From assembly GCA_951406725.2 (NCBI GenBank), contig OX597818.1:14880001-14944000 (forward strand): a stretch of DNA of 64,000 nt, in the 5' to 3' direction. The notes under the pieces were generated by a model. It was not told the DNA's origin, did not search any database, and saw only the letters and a program-made list of their open reading frames with translations. Below, in pieces: positions 62,011 to 64,000 of this stretch. Each line of letters opens with the position of its first letter. Positions within the stretch are counted from its first letter, which is position 1. A program made the position numbers and the translations under genes. The DNA is from Octopus vulgaris (taxonomy: Eukaryota).

Positions 62011-62778
62011 CAGTGTTTGGGCTAAATTTGACTATTTCCATAAAAGGAAAAGAAAATGATATCCCATCCAAAAATATGAATATTTTGAAAAATAAAGAAA
62101 ATGTCAATTAGATTATGGCTGGGAGATAAGTTTACAGAAAGTAGTCCGCATGCATTCCACACTGTGTCCATGAGGAGATCTTCCAACATCTTGGTCTTGG
62201 CCACCAGCTCCGCCTTAGTGTTGCAGGCAGAGCGTTTAGTGTCTTCTTCAATCACAATCCTTACATACTAATGAAATTACAATTGGATGAATTAAGAGGT
62301 CAGAAATTGGGGGGGGGGGGGGTGAAGTCGTAGAAATTCTCCGACAACCACTTCTGACTCTTTGTAGAAGTTTGACAAGGAGCCGAATTCTTCTACCATG
62401 CATATGGCCTAGCAGCAAACCTCTCCAGATAGTGTTAACCACAGTCTCCACCAGCTTCACATAGCCGTCTGGCATGAGACTAAAACCCTGTTCAAAGATA
62501 TGAGGATGAAGTACGGCGTGCGGACGCAGTCAGAACGCCTGCTGTGTCCCTTCCTACTGACCACGTCTTCGTAGTCTCCATTTCCGCAGTCCATGTCACG
62601 TCTTACAGCCTTTACAGTGTTCACAGAGCATTGAGCAACAGTCATGATGTCGGCATTCTGATAACCGGCGTGAAATCGTTATGATACAAGTAACTCTTTC
62701 CCAATATTCAGATGATTTCCGGTACGTCAGCTAACTTTTTTTCCAACTACAGCTTGAATTTTTATGCGCTCCATCCCC
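62011..62778 (-). mobile_element. Second maT-like remnant, internally deleted
   Basis: Minus strand MTVAQCSVNTVKAVRR..RSDCVRTP joined to PHIFEQG..YVKL, SQKWLSENFYDF, NTKAEL..NAC. Confidence 0.7.
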
Positions 62779-62959
62779 ATATATATATATATATATATAT
62801 GTATCGAGGGTATGAGAGGTATTAGTGTCAAGAAGACACAAAAGGTATCGGGTAACGCTAAGTAAGTGCTATGGGTAGACCATGGTTAAGCTTCAGGTTC
62901 GATAATGATACGAATGAGGAGTCCAACGTGGGTGATGTATTAGCATGCATATATATAAA

Positions 62960-63171
62960 TTGTGTTCTTGAGCAAGACACTTTACTTCACATTGATCCAG
63001 TCCACTCAGCTGGCAACAAAGAGTAGTACCTGTATTTCAAAGTGCCAGCTTTGTCACACGCTGAACATCCTTGAGAACTACGTTAAGGGTACACGTGTCT
63101 GTGAGGGGTCAGCCACTTGCACGTTAATTCCACGAGCAAGTTGTACCGTCGATCGTATCAGCTGGGACCCT
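62960..63171 (+). mobile_element. OR2-like SINE, headless
   Basis: Similar to 51430-51650. Confidence 0.75.
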
Positions 63172-63270
63172 ACATATATATAAATATATATGTATTGTTA
63201 CCTGTTACGTTCGTTCCATTTTTTTTTGTTTTTATATATATGTATGTATGTATGTATATATATACATACA

Positions 63271-63326
<56 letters not shown>

Positions 63327-64000
63327 GTATATAATAAATATATATATGTACAATATGTAGGTGCCGGTGTGTTAAAACGTGTGAAGATAAGCTGCTGGAA
63401 AACTTCGAAAGTCTCCAGTTTGATTGAATGGGACTAAAAGCTAAATAGTGTCTGGTTTAAATATACTATACATTACTACCAATGTATTATATTTAAAAAC
63501 AATATTTTTAATTCGATCCTCCTTTAAGGAGCTGCAAGAAATTTTCCGACGTGAAAAATATCAAGACCGATTTACTACGTGATTTGGGTAAACACAACAT
63601 AAAAAAGAAGAAAAAAAAGTAAGGAAAGAAAAACTATGTTAACTGCAATTGACCGTACATTTCTCATTTCTCTACGTTATTGCGGTCGGAAGACTTCTAC
63701 TCGTATGAGTGAATGTAACTGTAGATTACTCAAATACCAAATGCAGCAATTTCTGGAATGTCAGGTTTGTTTGCACTTTTCGACTAAAATCACACGCGTA
63801 AGGACTGTTGAATTTAGGTAAGTATCCAAGAATGGAAAATTTCATTCAATTTCGTTTTAATCGGGCCAGCCGCAAGGTAAGATATACAAAAGTTTATTAA
63901 CATCTCCTGCTGATAATCATCATTATAACGTATCTGGTTATAATCGATCGTTTCTCATAACTGTCTTTATTCTCATTTATATACATGATTTATGTCAATC

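Overview
AT-rich, repeat-dense eukaryotic DNA, most likely octopus (cephalopod), judged from recognisable tRNA-derived CORE-type and Nin/Deu-domain SINEs, RTE-tailed elements and abundant (TA)n/(CA)n/(CAT)n microsatellites. Only one convincing protein-coding region is present: a single-coding-exon LRR + FN3-like cell-surface protein at 54563-56329 (+). The rest is a layered TE landscape: Tc1/mariner (one DD36E copy, maT-like remnants), Merlin, Helitron, piggyBac- and hAT-type MITEs, RTE LINEs and Penelope-like (PLE) remnants. Most notable: (i) several short PLE-type repeats carrying minimal hammerhead-ribozyme motifs, often as fold-back inverted repeats and inserted in TA microsatellites; (ii) a 436-bp near-perfect spacerless palindrome; (iii) an RTE insertion with a 5' inversion bounded by an 11-bp TSD; (iv) a perfect RFX X-box plus ETS site at about 57.9 kb, where CpG depletion appears to end, suggesting a promoter whose gene may host the LRR gene in an antisense intron. 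Nearly all other ORFs in the track are repeat or microsatellite artefacts. Repeat boundaries are approximate unless a TSD/TIR is quoted; family names are from recall, not a database search.
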